Shown: positions 10,265-23,170 of the stretch, one piece after another | How the letters are laid out: every line of letters starts with the position of its first letter | Position numbering within the stretch: the first letter of the stretch is position 1 | Made by a program: the position numbers and the translations under genes | Origin: Mobula hypostoma | Taxonomy: Eukaryota | NCBI RefSeq assembly: GCF_963921235.1 | Contig: NC_086097.1 | Coordinates: forward strand, 89,096,001-89,160,000 | Direction of reading: 5' to 3' | DNA: 64,000 nt | The notes under the pieces: generated by a model | Database searches by the model: none | Seen by the model: the letters and a program-made list of their open reading frames with translations, nothing else | Told to the model about the DNA's origin: nothing

Positions 10265-13200
10265 TGTAACACGCTGTAAGGATTCACTGCTAATGTAATG
10301 GCTTCTTTGTAATGTTCCACTGCTGAGGTAACGGTTTCTCTGCAGCAGCAATGTTTGGGTTATGACTAGAGATAACTGGGCATGCTAGCCAATGAGTGGG
10401 ACGTCGTTTTTTCTTGTGTGTCTGGGAGCCGGGAATTCACAGTCTTTTGCCGGGGAGAGATGAGGAGAGAAGATGCAAAGGGGGAAAGTTGGTAGACTTC
10501 GGACGGAGTGGACTTGGAGCAAGGGTCCGAAGGTCAGCGACGATCAGAGGAGGTCGATGGTGGACGAACCGTCTTATCAGTGAGCTCCAACATTGCGCAT
10601 TAGACTGTTTCATGAGAATGGGCCCTTTATCTTTTTTTGTTTTCTTTATTAACCATATAATCTAATTAAGAATTACGAAGCTCAATCGTTTAATCGCATA
10701 TTGTGTACTGTGTGTTATTTCATGGAACTGATTTGTAACAGGGGACTCATCACGCAGCATCCACCCAAACGAGATTTCTTAAGTTTGGCCGGGCCTGGGG
10801 GGGCTATCACCCCCTATATTAAGCCACTAGCCAAAGCGAGAGATACAATTGTGGGGGCTCGTCCTGGATTGGTTCCGTTGGATGCTGTGTGAGTACCCTG
10901 AGCATTGAACCAGTGGGGTAGATATTCGTACTCCGGATGAATTGTTAATTTGCCTGTTAAGTACTGTTAAAGTTGTGATTGTGGGCAGCGGCTTGATAAA
11001 ATGGCGGGTGCAGCTCTTGTTTTAATGCAGACCAGCGCTGACGTAGCAGTAGCTGAGGGTGGAGATTTCAAAGACAGGGTTCTATCATTTCTGAAGAGTG
11101 AGGGGAAAGAGTGGTCAGACTTGGAATGTCTAATTAGTCCACATCCCCCAAAGGAGAGTGAGAATTCTGATTTAGAACCACTGTCTGGCGAATAAATGGA
11201 AAAACCAGGTTCAGAGTCCCTGCTATGGTAGGTTCCGCCTATTCTCTGGAATAACGCCCACCCCTGAAGGGGAGGAGGAGTCTGAGATTTGGGCGGAGCG
11301 GACCTCTCAGTTGTTAGATGAGTGGCAGTGCTCTGATGATGAAAAGCGACAGCGATTGGTTGAAAGTTTGAATGGGCGGGCTGCTGACGTTGTGAGAGCT
11401 GTCAGGTTACAGTAGCCCATAGCGACAGCTGTCAATCACATGCAAGCACTGGACAATGCTTTTGGCCCGACAGGAAGCCCAATGGAGCTCATGGTGGGGT
11501 TTCAGAACATGCATCAAGAGAAGGGGAAGAAGCTTTCTGCTTACATTTTTCTGCTAGAGAGGCAGCTAAATTGCTTGCGGCACAGAGGGGTCATTCAGGT
11601 GACTGAGGTGGGTCAGTTAAGAATGGACCAGATAACCGGGGGTGCCCAGTCCCATGACCTGATTTCTTGGGGTCTCTGACAGTCTCGTAAGATGTGCCCC
11701 CCTCCATCTTTTGTTGAGCTGATCAGAGAAGTACGGGAGGAGGAGGATGCGTCAGAGGCGCAGGAGGCCTCCGTCAGCAGGGTACAGTCCTTGGTAGTGG
11801 TCCCCTGTGGTGAAGTGACACGGATAGCCTGCCCTGAGGAGTGGTAGAGGAGATTCTGGTAGAGTTGAGAACAGAGATATGTCAGCTATTATCAATGGGT
11901 GTGACCTCCCCCCCACCCCACATGTTGAAGCTGATGGCGGGGGTGCGGATTCCCCAAGGAGACGGACAGTGCGGAGGGCTGCTGGCAGCTGGTGTCATGC
12001 CAGAAGGACAGTGAGCCCCTGGGTACCTCAGCAGGGAGAGTTGTTGGGAAAACCTAGAGGAGACCCAGTGAGGGAACGGCCTGGTGTCTCTGGGGGAACA
12101 CTTTCCCAGCAATGTACCAAGGAACCCCCAAAAGCGAAAGACCCAATTTCTGAAGGCTTAGTGGGACCACGGTCCGGTGTGTCGCAACGGAGAGAGGATA
12201 TTTATGCTAAAGCCATATTCGACACTGGGTCGCAGGTCACGTTGTCGTACCATTCATTTTACAACTGGTATCTGAAGCATTTACCATTGAGCCCATTCAG
12301 GGCACTGGAGATCTGGGGTCTCAGTGCCGATGATTATCTGTACGATGATTATTTGTCAGTGAAGCTGGAGTTTTCGGAGGCTTATGTGGGAGTGTCTGAG
12401 GTCCTTGATACATTGGTGCTGGTTTGTCCGGACCCCGTTGAGAAGGGCGGCGTTTCAGTTCTGGTGGGGACCAACATCCCTCTTGTGAGGAGGCTCATGG
12501 GGGCCTGCAAGGAGAAGGCTGGCGAGATCCTTTTGGGAACATTGTCCGTGCACCGGGTGTTTCGAGCTGCTTTTGAGGAAGTGCATGGCTGCATTAGGCC
12601 GGATACTGAATTTAATCGAAGGACTGTGCGGTTCACCCAGTTGAAACCAATGGTAGTATGGCCCGGGGAAGTAGCGAGAGTGATGGGGACCCCCAAATTT
12701 CCCGGAGTGTCTGAGGATGAGGCCCTCTTAGTGGACGCTCCAGAAGACCACAAGGGGGAGTCGGATTTCCTGCAGGGGTACTGGTGAGGCCCGAATTGCA
12801 GAAGCCCTCGGTGATACAGGCAAGAAAGATGGCAGTGATTATCAGGAATACTACGAAGAGGGAAGTCACCTTTAAGCGGGGGATGCCCCTGATGCGTTTG
12901 TTCCCAGTGATGGTAATGTCTAGTGCCCCTGTGAGACATGTCAGGGAGAAACTATTGGTAAAGGGGGGAAGTTGACCGCTGAGTCATTCAACTTCGGGGA
13001 CTCCCCGGTACCTGTGGATTGGAAGAGGAGGTTGGCAGAGAGGATGTTGAAGCTGGAAGGTGTCTTTTCCTTTGGCGAGTTTGATGTGGGTTGTTCCAAG
13101 AGCACTCATCACACTATCCGGGTGACCGAGGACACCCCGTTCACAGAAAGGTCGCGGCAACTGGCCCCTGCAGAGGTGGAGGATGTTCAGCAGCATTTGT

Positions 13201-14325
13201 GTAAGTTGAAGGAAGCTGGGATCATCACCGAGTCCAGAAGCCCCTATGCATCTGCAATAGTAGTGGCCTGAAAGAAGAAAGGGAAGGTACGGATGTGTGT
13301 GGACTATAGGACTCTGAACAGGCGCACTATCCCTGACCCGAGGATTGAAGACGCGCTGGCCTGGCTGAGTGGTGCGAAGTGGTTCAGTGTGCAAGACTTG
13401 AGGAGTGGATATTACCAGATCCCCATGAGTGAAGCTGACAAAGAGAAGACAACATTTATATGTCCTCTGGGACTTTTCCAGTTTGAAAGGATGCCCTGGG
13501 CATCTCGGAAGCTCTTGCGACCTTCCAACAGTTCATGGAGAAGACGGCGGGGGACATGAACTTGCTTGAGGTATCAGTATATCTGGATGACCTAATAGTA
13601 TTTGGATCCACCTTGGAAGAACATGAAGTGAGGCTGCTGAAGGTGCTGGGCCACTTGAAAGCTGAAGGGTTAAAACTTTCCCTGGACAACTGCCAGTTCT
13701 GCCAAACATCTATTAGCTACGTTGGGCACATAGTCTCACGGAATGGAATAGCTACAGATCTGGCTAAGATAGAGGCAGTTACCACTTGGCCAAGACCCCA
13801 GACTCTGAGCGCTCTGTGCTCGTTCCTTGGGTTCTGTGGTTACTATTGGAGGTTTGTGAAAGGTTACGCGAAAGTGAGTCACCCATTGAATCAGCTTCTG
13901 TGTGGTTACCCTCCCTTGGGGAAGAAAGGGAGGGGGCAAAAGGACAGGAGGGTGAAGAGTATCTTAGCTCATCAGAGTCCTTTGGACCGAGGTGGGATGT
14001 AAACTGTGACGAGGCCTTTCAGTCGCTGAAGGAACTGCTGACCCAGGTGCTGGTGTAGGCTTTTGCGGACCCCCGATTGCCATATGTACTGCACTTGGAT
14101 GCCAGCCAAGAGGGTTTAGGGGGCGTCCTGTATCAGGATCAGGGCACCGGGCTCAGACTCATTGCGTTTGTCAGCTGGAGTCTGTCGCCCTCCGAGAAAA
14201 ACTATCCCATGCATAAGTTGGAATTTCTGGCATTGAAATGGGCGGTGGTGGATAAGCTGACTACTTCCACGGGGCCAAGTTTGAGGTGAGGATGGACAAC
14301 AACCCCCTAACTTATATCCTGAACT
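10265..14325 (+). mobile_element. Gypsy LTR retrotransposon with PNMA-like Gag, 3' truncated (no integrase or 3' LTR)
   Basis: 5' LTR TG..CA 10265-10847, PBS, Gag (LFSGITPTPEGEEE..LDEWQCSDDEKRQRLVESL), protease FDTGSQVT, RT MCVDYRTLN and YLDD, RNase H LHLDASQEGLGGVL. Confidence 0.9.
10852..10869 (+). promoter_or_regulatory. Primer-binding site, tRNA-Pro
   Basis: TGGGGGCTCGTCCTGGAT, one mismatch to the canonical TGGGGGCTCGTCCGGGAT, 4 nt after the LTR-terminal CA. Confidence 0.88.
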
Positions 14326-14690
14326 TGGGACCTGGGCACACAGCCAGCAGCCAGCTCGCTGCTTTTGATCTTCCGTGTACTCCCATGACACATCAAGCGG
14401 CAGCACCGACCTTGAATCAACCCGTCTCCAGAGCCACAAAAATCCAAAACCCTGAAGACCCGCTAGTCTTCCAGGCCACGTCCTTGGCATACTGAAAAGC
14501 GGCCAGTTGTGAGGCCCTGGGAGCGGATCCCATTTCTGCAAAGAACCAAAGTCAGAGTGTAACTCCAGGTCAGGGTCTTCAAAAGAACTCTGAAAGGGAG
14601 AAAAAGAGATACCAAAAAAAGGAAATACAGCTGTTTCCAAAGATGCAAGTGAAGGAGTTGCCGTTAGGTGCCATCATCCTTCTAACTTCT
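14325..14690 (-). mobile_element. Unclassified non-autonomous repeat 'family X', 5' part
   Basis: 'gtgtaactccaggtcagggtcttcaaaagaa' is identical at 59941 and closely matched in reverse at ~37645-37675. Confidence 0.75.
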
Positions 14691-15844
14691 ACCCACCTAC
14701 CTTCTCCAGTTGCAGTTCTCTTGTAGACTGCAATAGATTTTCCTCCAGGATTTTCCTGTATTTTTCTGTATTCATTTTACCCTCTACCTTCACAAGCTTT
14801 CTTGGGCCTGCTGCGGTGAAGCATCTCCACAGCATGATGCAGCCATCACCATACTTCACGGTCAGGATGGTGTGTTTTTGATGATTTGTGCTGTTTGGTT
14901 TATGCCAAGTTTAGTCTGATGGTCAAAAAGCTCAATAGACCATAAAACCCTTCTGCAGGTGACTTCAGAGTCTCCCACATGCCATCTGGAAAACTCTAGC
15001 CAATTTCTTGTGAGTTTTTTCAACAATGGCTTTCTTTTTCCTACTCTCCCATAAAGCTGCAACTGGTAAAGTACCCAGTCAACAGTTGTTGTATGCACAG
15101 TCCTCCCATCTCTGCCACTGAAGCTTGCAACTCCTCCAGAGTTGTCATAGGTCTCTTGGTGGCCTCCCTCACTAGTCCCCTTCTTGTACGATCACTCTAG
15201 TCAGGTTACAGCTGTGCCATATTCTTTCCATTTCATGATGATTGACTTAACGTACTCCAAGGGATATTCAGTGACTTGGCAATTTTCTTGTATCCTTCTC
15301 CTTGCTTGTGCTTTTCAGTAACCTTTTAGTAGAGTTGCTTGGAGTCTTCATGGTGTAGTTTTTGCCAGGATTCTGACTCACCAGCAGTTGGACTTTCCAG
15401 ATACAGGTGTATTTTAACTACAATCAATTTAAACACCTTGACTACACACAGGTCTCCAAAAACAGATCTCCATTTAACTAATTATGTGACTTCTAAAGCC
15501 AATTGGCTGCACCAGTGATGATTTGGTGTGTCATATTAAAGGGAGTGAATACTTATGCAATCAATTATTTTGTGTTTTCTATTTGTAATTAATTTAGATC
15601 ACTTTGTAGAGATCTGTTTTCATTTTGACACAAAAGAATTTTTTTCTGTTGATCAGTGTCAAAAAAGCAAAATTAAATCCACTGTGATTCAATGTTGTAA
15701 AACAATAAAACATGAATACTTCCAAGGGAGGGTGAATACTTTTTATAGGTACTGTAGTTAGATGTAAAATAACACAAAGCCAATATAAATTGTCACTAGT
15801 TCTCTGTACAGCTGAAGTAAATTGTTGCATACTGCAGTTTCATG

Positions 15845-16045
15845 CAAAATAGACTGGAAGAAGTTCAGCAGGTCAGGCAGCATCTATAGAGAAGAATTAA
15901 CAGTTGACGTTTCAACCTGAGACCACCACCAGGACTGGTAAGGAATAGGAAACAAGCCATAAAAAGAATGGGGAGGGAGGAATACATTTTGGTAGGTGAT
16001 AGGTGAAGCCAGGTGAGGGGAAAGGTGGACGGACTAGGGAAGGGG
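15845..16045 (-). mobile_element. Penelope-like 3' terminus
   Basis: 'ctggaagaagttcagcaggtcaggcagcatctatagag..cagttgacgtttc' is the reverse of the shared terminus; degenerate hammerhead motif at 15901-15937. Confidence 0.7.
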
Positions 16046-16689
16046 TGTTTGGATTCTGATGTTCAAATCCAAGGTTCTTTCAGAAGTCAGGAAAGAGGCA
16101 CAAAACATGTTGCTTCATGATCAATTATTAAGCATTGATAGAATAAAGGAAACAGGGCAGGTTAGTAGCAGAAGGCTTAAAGACAAAGAGATGAAGATGC
16201 TAAGAAGATTAAGAAGATGGCGCTGCTTTGTGCTTAGCTATTTTATACCACAGAGATAAGGAATATTCCATTCAAATTTGTAGATTAGAGTCATCCAATA
16301 AGAAAGCACTTCTTCAAGTACTGCAGTGCCAAGTTAACCTTTGAGAAAGCACTTATTGAAATAATGCAGAGAAAAGAGACTTCCAGGCCTTTCTAGAATC
16401 ACATTTTGTACAGCCACTAGAGCCATATTAAACTGGTATATGCATACAAGAACTACTTGAAATAAAAGGAGAAAATTAATTGTTAAACTGCAACGAAAAT
16501 AACAAGCAGTCTAATATAATCCAACAATCATGCCCTTTGATTCTAAATCACACATTTGGAATCATTATATCTCAAGATTCAGAGGCAAGAAAGCTTGTGG
16601 TATCAATATATAAAATCATCTAAAACTACTTAAGTTATGAAATATCAAGGAGTATATATTCTTTCAAGTATTCATAAGACTAGGTCATG

Positions 16690-17320
16690 GTTAGGCAGAT
16701 TAGTAGGCACATTTATGCAAGTTTGAACTGTTTTATTAATGATGATCTTTAAATAAGTAAAAGGATGTAAATTATGATAAGGCTTATTTGTGTGAATAAT
16801 ATGACTTGTAATATTGAGTAACCCTGGATTTTGGACTTAACTGACCCCGAATCAAAGAAATCCCATCCATCAGATTGACATATTTTAGCTGCTCCTTTAC
16901 AGATATGATCAGCCAAATCAGTTATGTCTTCAGACTCATCTAGTATGTAAGTACAACACTCCTTGCCTATAACTGTACATCTCCCCCTCCCTTAACTGTT
17001 AAGAGAAGATCAAATGTTATATGATTTTGCATAATGACCATTTCTGTTGTTACTTTTCTCAAGGCTTCAGTAATATCATTGCCTACTCTTTCTAAAGCTG
17101 CAGCAACGTTTTAATTCCTCTTATACTCTTTGCAAGACCATAGTCTGGGAATAAAATTGATGCAAAATGATCTCCTTCTGAAATGTCTCGCTCACTTCTA
17201 GACTCAGGAAGTAAAGGTAAGGTGTGTGCAGGAAAAACATGCCCTAACTAGCAGTGTCCCAACCAGTTACATGGAAGAGAGGTGTAGGCTCCATTTCTGC
17301 ATGTAATGAACTTGGATATC
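16690..17320 (-). pseudogene. env: Retroviral env (SU C-terminus plus TM), frameshifted
   Basis: CRNGAYTSLPCNWLGHC; fusion-peptide-like DHFASILFPDYGLAK; ISD-like MQNHITFDLLLTVKGG; CX6CC motif CTVIGKECCTYI. Confidence 0.82.
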
Positions 17321-17334
17321 AGAGTAAATGCATG

Positions 17335-17870
17335 TTACCACATACAATCCTCAGTTTATTTTTCCTGTGGGTGTACTCAGCAAATCCATAGAACAGTAAT
17401 TGTAAGCAGGAACAATGAACAACAAACTGTGCAAATGCAAATTTAAAGAAATAGCAATAAATAATGAGAACATGAAATAACTAAAGAGTCTTTAAAGTGA
17501 AATCATTGGTTGTGGGAACACCTGAAATAGAATAAGTGTAGGTATCCTCTTTTGTTCAAGTGTCTGATGGCTGTGGGATAGTAATTGCTCTTGACTTGGT
17601 GGTGCAAGTCCTGAGGCACTTGTATCTTCTACCTGATGGTAGCAGCAAGAAAACGGTATGGCCTGGGTGGTGAGGATCTTTGATAATGGATGCTGCTTTT
17701 CTGTGACAATAATTCATATAGATGTCCTCAATGGTTGGGAGGGCTTTACCCATGGTGTACTGGGCAGAATCCACTATCTTTTGTTGGATTTTCCACTCAA
17801 AGCATTGGTGTTCCCATACCAGGCTGTAATGCAGCCAGTCAATACAGTTTCAATCACACATCTATAGAAC
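17335..17870 (-). mobile_element. Rex1/Babar-like LINE 3' fragment nested in the ERV
   Basis: ORF 17556-17774 KAASIIKDPHHPGHTVFLLLPSGRRY; same family as 50030-50263. Confidence 0.75.
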
Positions 17871-17871
17871 A

Positions 17872-19135
17872 TCAGTCGCTTTTGATGGTTCCATTCATTC
17901 GTTTGACTTGTCCTGATGACTTCGAGTGATCTGTACAATGAAAAGACCATTCAATATTCATCAGTCGACATAAATCTTGAAAAACACTTCCATTGAAATA
18001 CATTCCTTGTTTAGAGTCGATGTGAAGTGGCAGTCCCCATTTAGGAATATAGTACTTGATCGGGGTTTTTGTTGTGTGTGTGGCAGTTTGGCTTTCCTTC
18101 CTGGAATAACTTACACCCGCCTTAAAATCTTGTCTATTATTACTAGTACATCTTAGTATCCTTGACATTTTGGTAAAGAAATGTAGTCTATTCATAAGGG
18201 TAAAAATGGATCAGGTGGGGCAGGAGCATTTAATTGTAGTGTTTCCACTGCTCTAGCATTCGCTTTCTGGCAATTCATGCAATGTTCAAACATTTTTCAA
18301 GCTTTGTGAATTTTGGCTTCCACCACCATTGGGAGAATCTGTGGATAAGCTTTTGTGCTCCAATGTATCCTAGGTAGCATATCTGCAGTGCTGCATAATC
18401 TTGCAAGTCAGTCTATCATACAAGGTTCAACTTTGTTTTCATATTGTTAGGGTCACTGCATATGTTTTTGGTACTTCTTAAGGCATAGGAGAATTAGGCT
18501 TTTTGGCCCATCGAGTCTACACCATGATTTTATTTCTTTTACTCTTTGCCATGTTGTCTTTTTGCACTTCCATCCACAAATTCATTTCCACATTGTTTCA
18601 TTGTACTCATTTTGGAGTGACTTTTACTTTTTAATACAACAGCTTCTCATAGCAGTTGTATGACATCCATATATTCTTGCATAAGTTGACTATTCTTCGT
18701 TGGGGGTTTCTACAGCATTGAGAAATTCCGTTTGTCTGCATAAGTTCCAAGATCATAAACAACTCCAAAAGAATATCAAGAATCAGTGTAGATATTAGTT
18801 GATCTTCCTTCTAACAATTTACAGGCTTTGATCAAAACTTTTAGTCCTCTGCCTGTTGTGCAGAAATACCAGGAGCTTCACTTCCTGATGCCAGGAGTTC
18901 AGTTCCAGAAACAACCATTCGATTGGCAAGATGGCGTGGTGAACCATGGCGATATTTTGCAGCCTACGTACAATACATCCAGACATACCCCTTACTCTCA
19001 CTGCAATCTGTAGCATGCAATTTTCCTTTAAGCAAAGTACTTTTGAATCAGCTTAATAAACTACAGATTTCACAATATTCTGAAGGACTCAGCGGATTTA
19101 ACTCCCAAGCCAACAGGTGTGGCTCCTTTAAGTGA
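17872..19135 (-). pseudogene. pol: Retroviral pol fragment (RNase H-integrase)
   Basis: YIPKWGLPLHIDSKQGMYFNG..WSFHCTDHSKSSGQVKRMNGTIK is an integrase core; NIYTDS at ~18780-18800. Confidence 0.8.
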
Positions 19136-19139
19136 ATAA

Positions 19140-22100
19140 AGGTTCATCGCCATGGCTGGAAGCAAAGCAGGAGGGGGTTCTCCAAGCCAGGCTGAAATGC
19201 AGAGAGATGAGTTCCCCTCTACTCAGCAAATGTTAGCGGATGTGCAGCTACTGGAGAACAAAACTGAGAACCTAAGGTCAAAATGGGTGTATTGAAGGGA
19301 ATTGAGAAATTGTTGTGTTCTGTGTTTTACCAAGATATGGCTTACTTGGAGTACGTCATATATGGTGATCAGACCTGAAGACTTCTCAATACACAGGATG
19401 GATCAAACTGCTCATTCAGAAAAGGCAAAAGGTGGAGGTGTGCAAGCTCCCTGTGGTGCTCCGATGTGCTGGTTTTGACGTACCTGGTGTACCCTCAAAC
19501 TTGAACACCAAATGATCACATGCTGACTATTCTACTTACTGGAAAAGTTCTCTTCTATAACCCTGACCATGGTTTACATACCACCATTGGCCAACTGTAA
19601 CCAGGCACTTGAAATTCTGCATGATGCCATCACCAAACAGCAAATAGCCCAACGTGACGTATTTCATATCACAGTTAGGGGTTTCAATCAGGCTTATTTG
19701 AAGAAATTCCGTTCCAGTTAGAATCAGTATATAACCTGTAGTGCCAGAGGTCCCCACATACTAGACCACTGCTTTACTAAAATAAGGAATGCCTACTGTC
19801 CTGTGCCCAGACTGCACTTAAGGATATCAAAATACTTGACTGTCCTTCTCTGACCTGCATACAGGTAGGGGCAAAAGAGCAAGGCTCCAGAGATTACGAC
19901 AACAAAGTGGTGGCTGCAGGAGGCAGAGGAGTGGCTATGGGATTGCTTCTAGTTGGTGGACTGGGCCGTGTTCAAGGATTCATCTGTGGATCTGAACGAA
20001 TACACCACAGTTGTCATGGACTTTATAAAAACAGTTGTATACAAGTGCGTCCCCACAAAGTCATTCAGTTCTCTCCAACCAGAGGCCCTGGATGAACCAT
20101 GAGATCTGTAATCTGTGAGGGTCAGATCAGAGGGTCTCAAGACTGGCGACCAAGACAGTTACAAGAGGTCTAGTACGACTTCCAAAAAGCCATCCCGAGA
20201 CTCACCTAGCAGAGGTGGTGGCACAGTGGTATACAGTAGAGAGGCAGTTGCCCTGGAAACTCTCAACTTCGACTCTGGACCCCATGAAGTCTCATGGCAC
20301 CAGGTTAAACACAGTAAGGAAACCTTCTGCTGATTACATGTACCATCCTCCCTCAACTGATGAATCAGTACTTCTCCATGTTGAGTAGCACTTGAAGGAG
20401 GCATTGAGGGTGGCAAGGGCACAGAATGTACTCTGGGTGGGGTCTTCAATGTCCATTACCAAGAATGGCTCAGTAGTACCACCAGAGACCGAGCTGGTCG
20501 GACCCTAGTGGACATAACTACTAGACTGGAACTACAGCAGGTGGTGAGGGAACCAACAAGAGGGAAAAACACACTTGTCCTCATTCTCAGCAACCTGCCT
20601 GCCGCAGAAACATCTGTCCATGACAGCACTGGTAGAAGTGACCACCGCACAGTATGGTGGAGACTAAATCCTGTCTCCACATTGAAGAAACACTCCACTG
20701 CATTGTGTGGCACTACCACCGTGCTAAATGGGATAGACTTTCAACAGTTCTAGCAGCCCGAGGCTGGGCATCTCTGGGGTTTTGTGGGCTATCAGCAGCA
20801 GAATTATACTCAACTACAATCTGCAACTTCATTGCCCAGCATATCCCCCACTCTAACATTACCACCAGGCCAGGGGGTCAACCCTGGTTCAATGAAGAGT
20901 GCAGGAGGGCAATCCGAGAACAATGCCAGGCATACCTCAATATGAGGTGTCACCCTGGTGAGGCCACAATACAGAACTACTTGCATGCCAAACACCATAA
21001 GCAGCAAGAAATAGACAGAGCAAAGTGGTCCCACAACCAACGGATCAGATCTAAGCTCTGTAGTCCTGCCACATCCAGCCATGAATGGTGGTGGACAATC
21101 AAACTACCCACTGGAGGAGGCGGCTCCACAAATATCCCCATCCTCAATGATAGAGGAGCCCAGCACACCTGCGCAAAAGATAAGGCTGAGGAATTTGCAA
21201 CAACCTTCATTCAGAAGTGTTGAGTAGATGATCCAGCTTGGCCTCCTCCAGAAGTCCCCAGCATCCCAGATGTCAGTATGCAGTCAATCTTATTCACTCC
21301 ATGTGATATCGAGAAATAGCTGAAAGCACTGAATACTGCAAAGGCTATGGGCCCAGACAAAATCCTAGCAATAGTCCTGAAGACTTGTGCTCCAGAACTT
21401 GCCCCGCCACTGGCCAAGCTGTTCCAATGCAGCTACAACACCAGCATCGATCCGGTAATGTGGAAAATTGCCCAGGTATGTCCTGTACGCAAGAAACAGG
21501 ACAAGTCCAACCCAGCCAATTACCACCCTATCAGCCTACTCTCAATCATCAGCACAGTAGTGGAAGGGGTCATCAACAGTACTATCATGCAGCACCTACT
21601 CGGCAATAAACTGCTTACGGATGTCCAGTTTGGGTTCCGTCAAGGCCACTCAGCTCCTGACTGCATCACCTCCTTGGTCCAAACATGGACCAAAGAGCTA
21701 AATGCCAGAGGTGAGGTGTGGATGATAACTTTCGACATCATGGCAGCATTTGATCAAGCATGGCATCAAGGTGCTCTAGGTAAAATGGAGTCAATGGGAA
21801 TTAGGGGGAAACCCTCCGCTGGTTGGAATCATACCTGACACAAAGGAAGATGGTTGTGGTTGTTGGAGGTCACTCATCTCACCCTCAGGACATCACTATA
21901 GGAGCTCCTCAGAGAAGTGTCCTAGGACCAGTCATCTTCAGCTGCTTCATCAATGACCTTCCTTCCATCATAATGGTCAGAAGTGGGGATGTTCTGCATC
22001 ATTCATGACTCCTCAGATAGTGAAGCATTTCATATCCATACCCAAATAGAGCAGAACCTGGACAATATCCAGGCTTGGGCTGACAGGTGGCAAGTAACAT

Positions 22101-23170
22101 TCCAGCCATACAGCTAACCAGGCAATGACCATCTCCAACAACAGAGGCTCTAACCATCACCCCTTGGCATTCAATGGCATCACCATCACTGAATCCCCTA
22201 CTATCAATATCCTGGGGGTCACCATTGACACGGAACTGAACTGGTCTAGCCATATAAACATGGTGGCTACTAGAACAGATCAAAGGCTAGGAATCTTGTG
22301 GCGTGTAACTCACCTACTGACTCCCCAAAGCCTGTCCACCATCTACAAGTCTCAGGTCAGGAGTGTAATGGAGTACTCACCACTCACCTGGATCAGTGCA
22401 GCTCCATCAACACTCAACAAGTGTGACAGCATCCAGTACAAGGCAGCCAACTTGATTGGTACCCCTTCCACAAACATCCCATCCGTCCACCATCAAAGAA
22501 CAGTTGCCGCAGTGTGTACGATCTACAACATGCTCTGCAACAATACACCAAATTTCCTAAGGCAGCTCCTTCCAGACCCACGACCACTACCATCCAGAAG
22601 GACCAGAACGGCAGATACCTGGGAACACCAGCACTTAGAAATCCCCCTCCAAGTCACTCACCATTCTGACGTGGAAACATATCGCCATCCCTTCATTGTC
22701 ACTGGGTCAAAATCATGGAATTCTCTTCCTAACAGCACTGTAGGTGTACCTACATCTCAGGTACTGTCGCGGTTCAAGATGGCAGCTCATCACCACCTTC
22801 TCAAGGGCAACTAGGGTTGGGCAATAAATGCTGGCTTAGCTGGTGATGCCCACCACCCGTAAATGAATAAATAAATTTAAAAAAAGAACGTGGTAACCTG
22901 CTTCAATGACTATCATCCAGTAGCACTGACATCCACAGATATGAAATGCTTTGAGAGATTGGTGATGAAACATATCAAGTCCTGCCTGAGAAATGACTAA
23001 GATCTGCACAACAGATCCACAGCAGATCCCATTTCATTGGCTCTTCACTCAACCCTGGAACACCTGGACAGCATAGATATATACATTTGGATGCTGTTTA
23101 TTGACCACAGCTCAGCTTTCAATACAATCATCTCCTTAAAACTAATTAATAAGCTTCCAGACCTTGGCCT
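19140..23170 (+). mobile_element. Rex1/Babar-like LINE, degenerate (19140-20185 and 22886-23170), split by a CR1-like insertion
   Basis: N-terminal remnant LADVQLLENKTENL..ELRNCCVLCFT; RT remnant [11 protein letters not shown] and [13 protein letters not shown]. Confidence 0.75.
20190..22885 (+). mobile_element. CR1-group (CR1/L2-like) LINE ORF2 plus 3' UTR, 5' truncated
   Basis: APE remnants (RGGGTVVY, SDHRTV), PWFNEECR, KAMGPDKI, NYHPISLLS, QFGFRQG, FINDL; 3' end gggcaataaatgctggc followed by an A-rich tail. Confidence 0.8.

Larger units (their letters stand above)
9929..15754 (-). mobile_element. Tc1-type DNA transposon, split by nested insertions
   Basis: Long (~200 bp) TIRs: cagtgcttataaaaagt... 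/ ...atactttttataggtactg followed by TA. Transposase C-terminus ELEQFCQEE...VIAAKGSSTKY* (10135-10265) and TVKYGDGCIMLW (~14825-14860). Confidence 0.88.
16046..19135 (-). mobile_element. Class I (gamma/epsilon-like) endogenous retrovirus remnant: partial pol, env, 3' LTR
   Basis: Order on the minus strand is RNase H (NIYTDS), integrase core, env, PPT-like aatcaaagggcatgat, then an LTR at 16046-16526 bounded by tgtttggatt...aatccaaca. Confidence 0.82.

Noticed and set aside
11001..12060. Domesticated PNMA-like host gene
   Set aside because: Multiple stops and frameshifts, and it sits in an LTR-PBS-gag-pol context.
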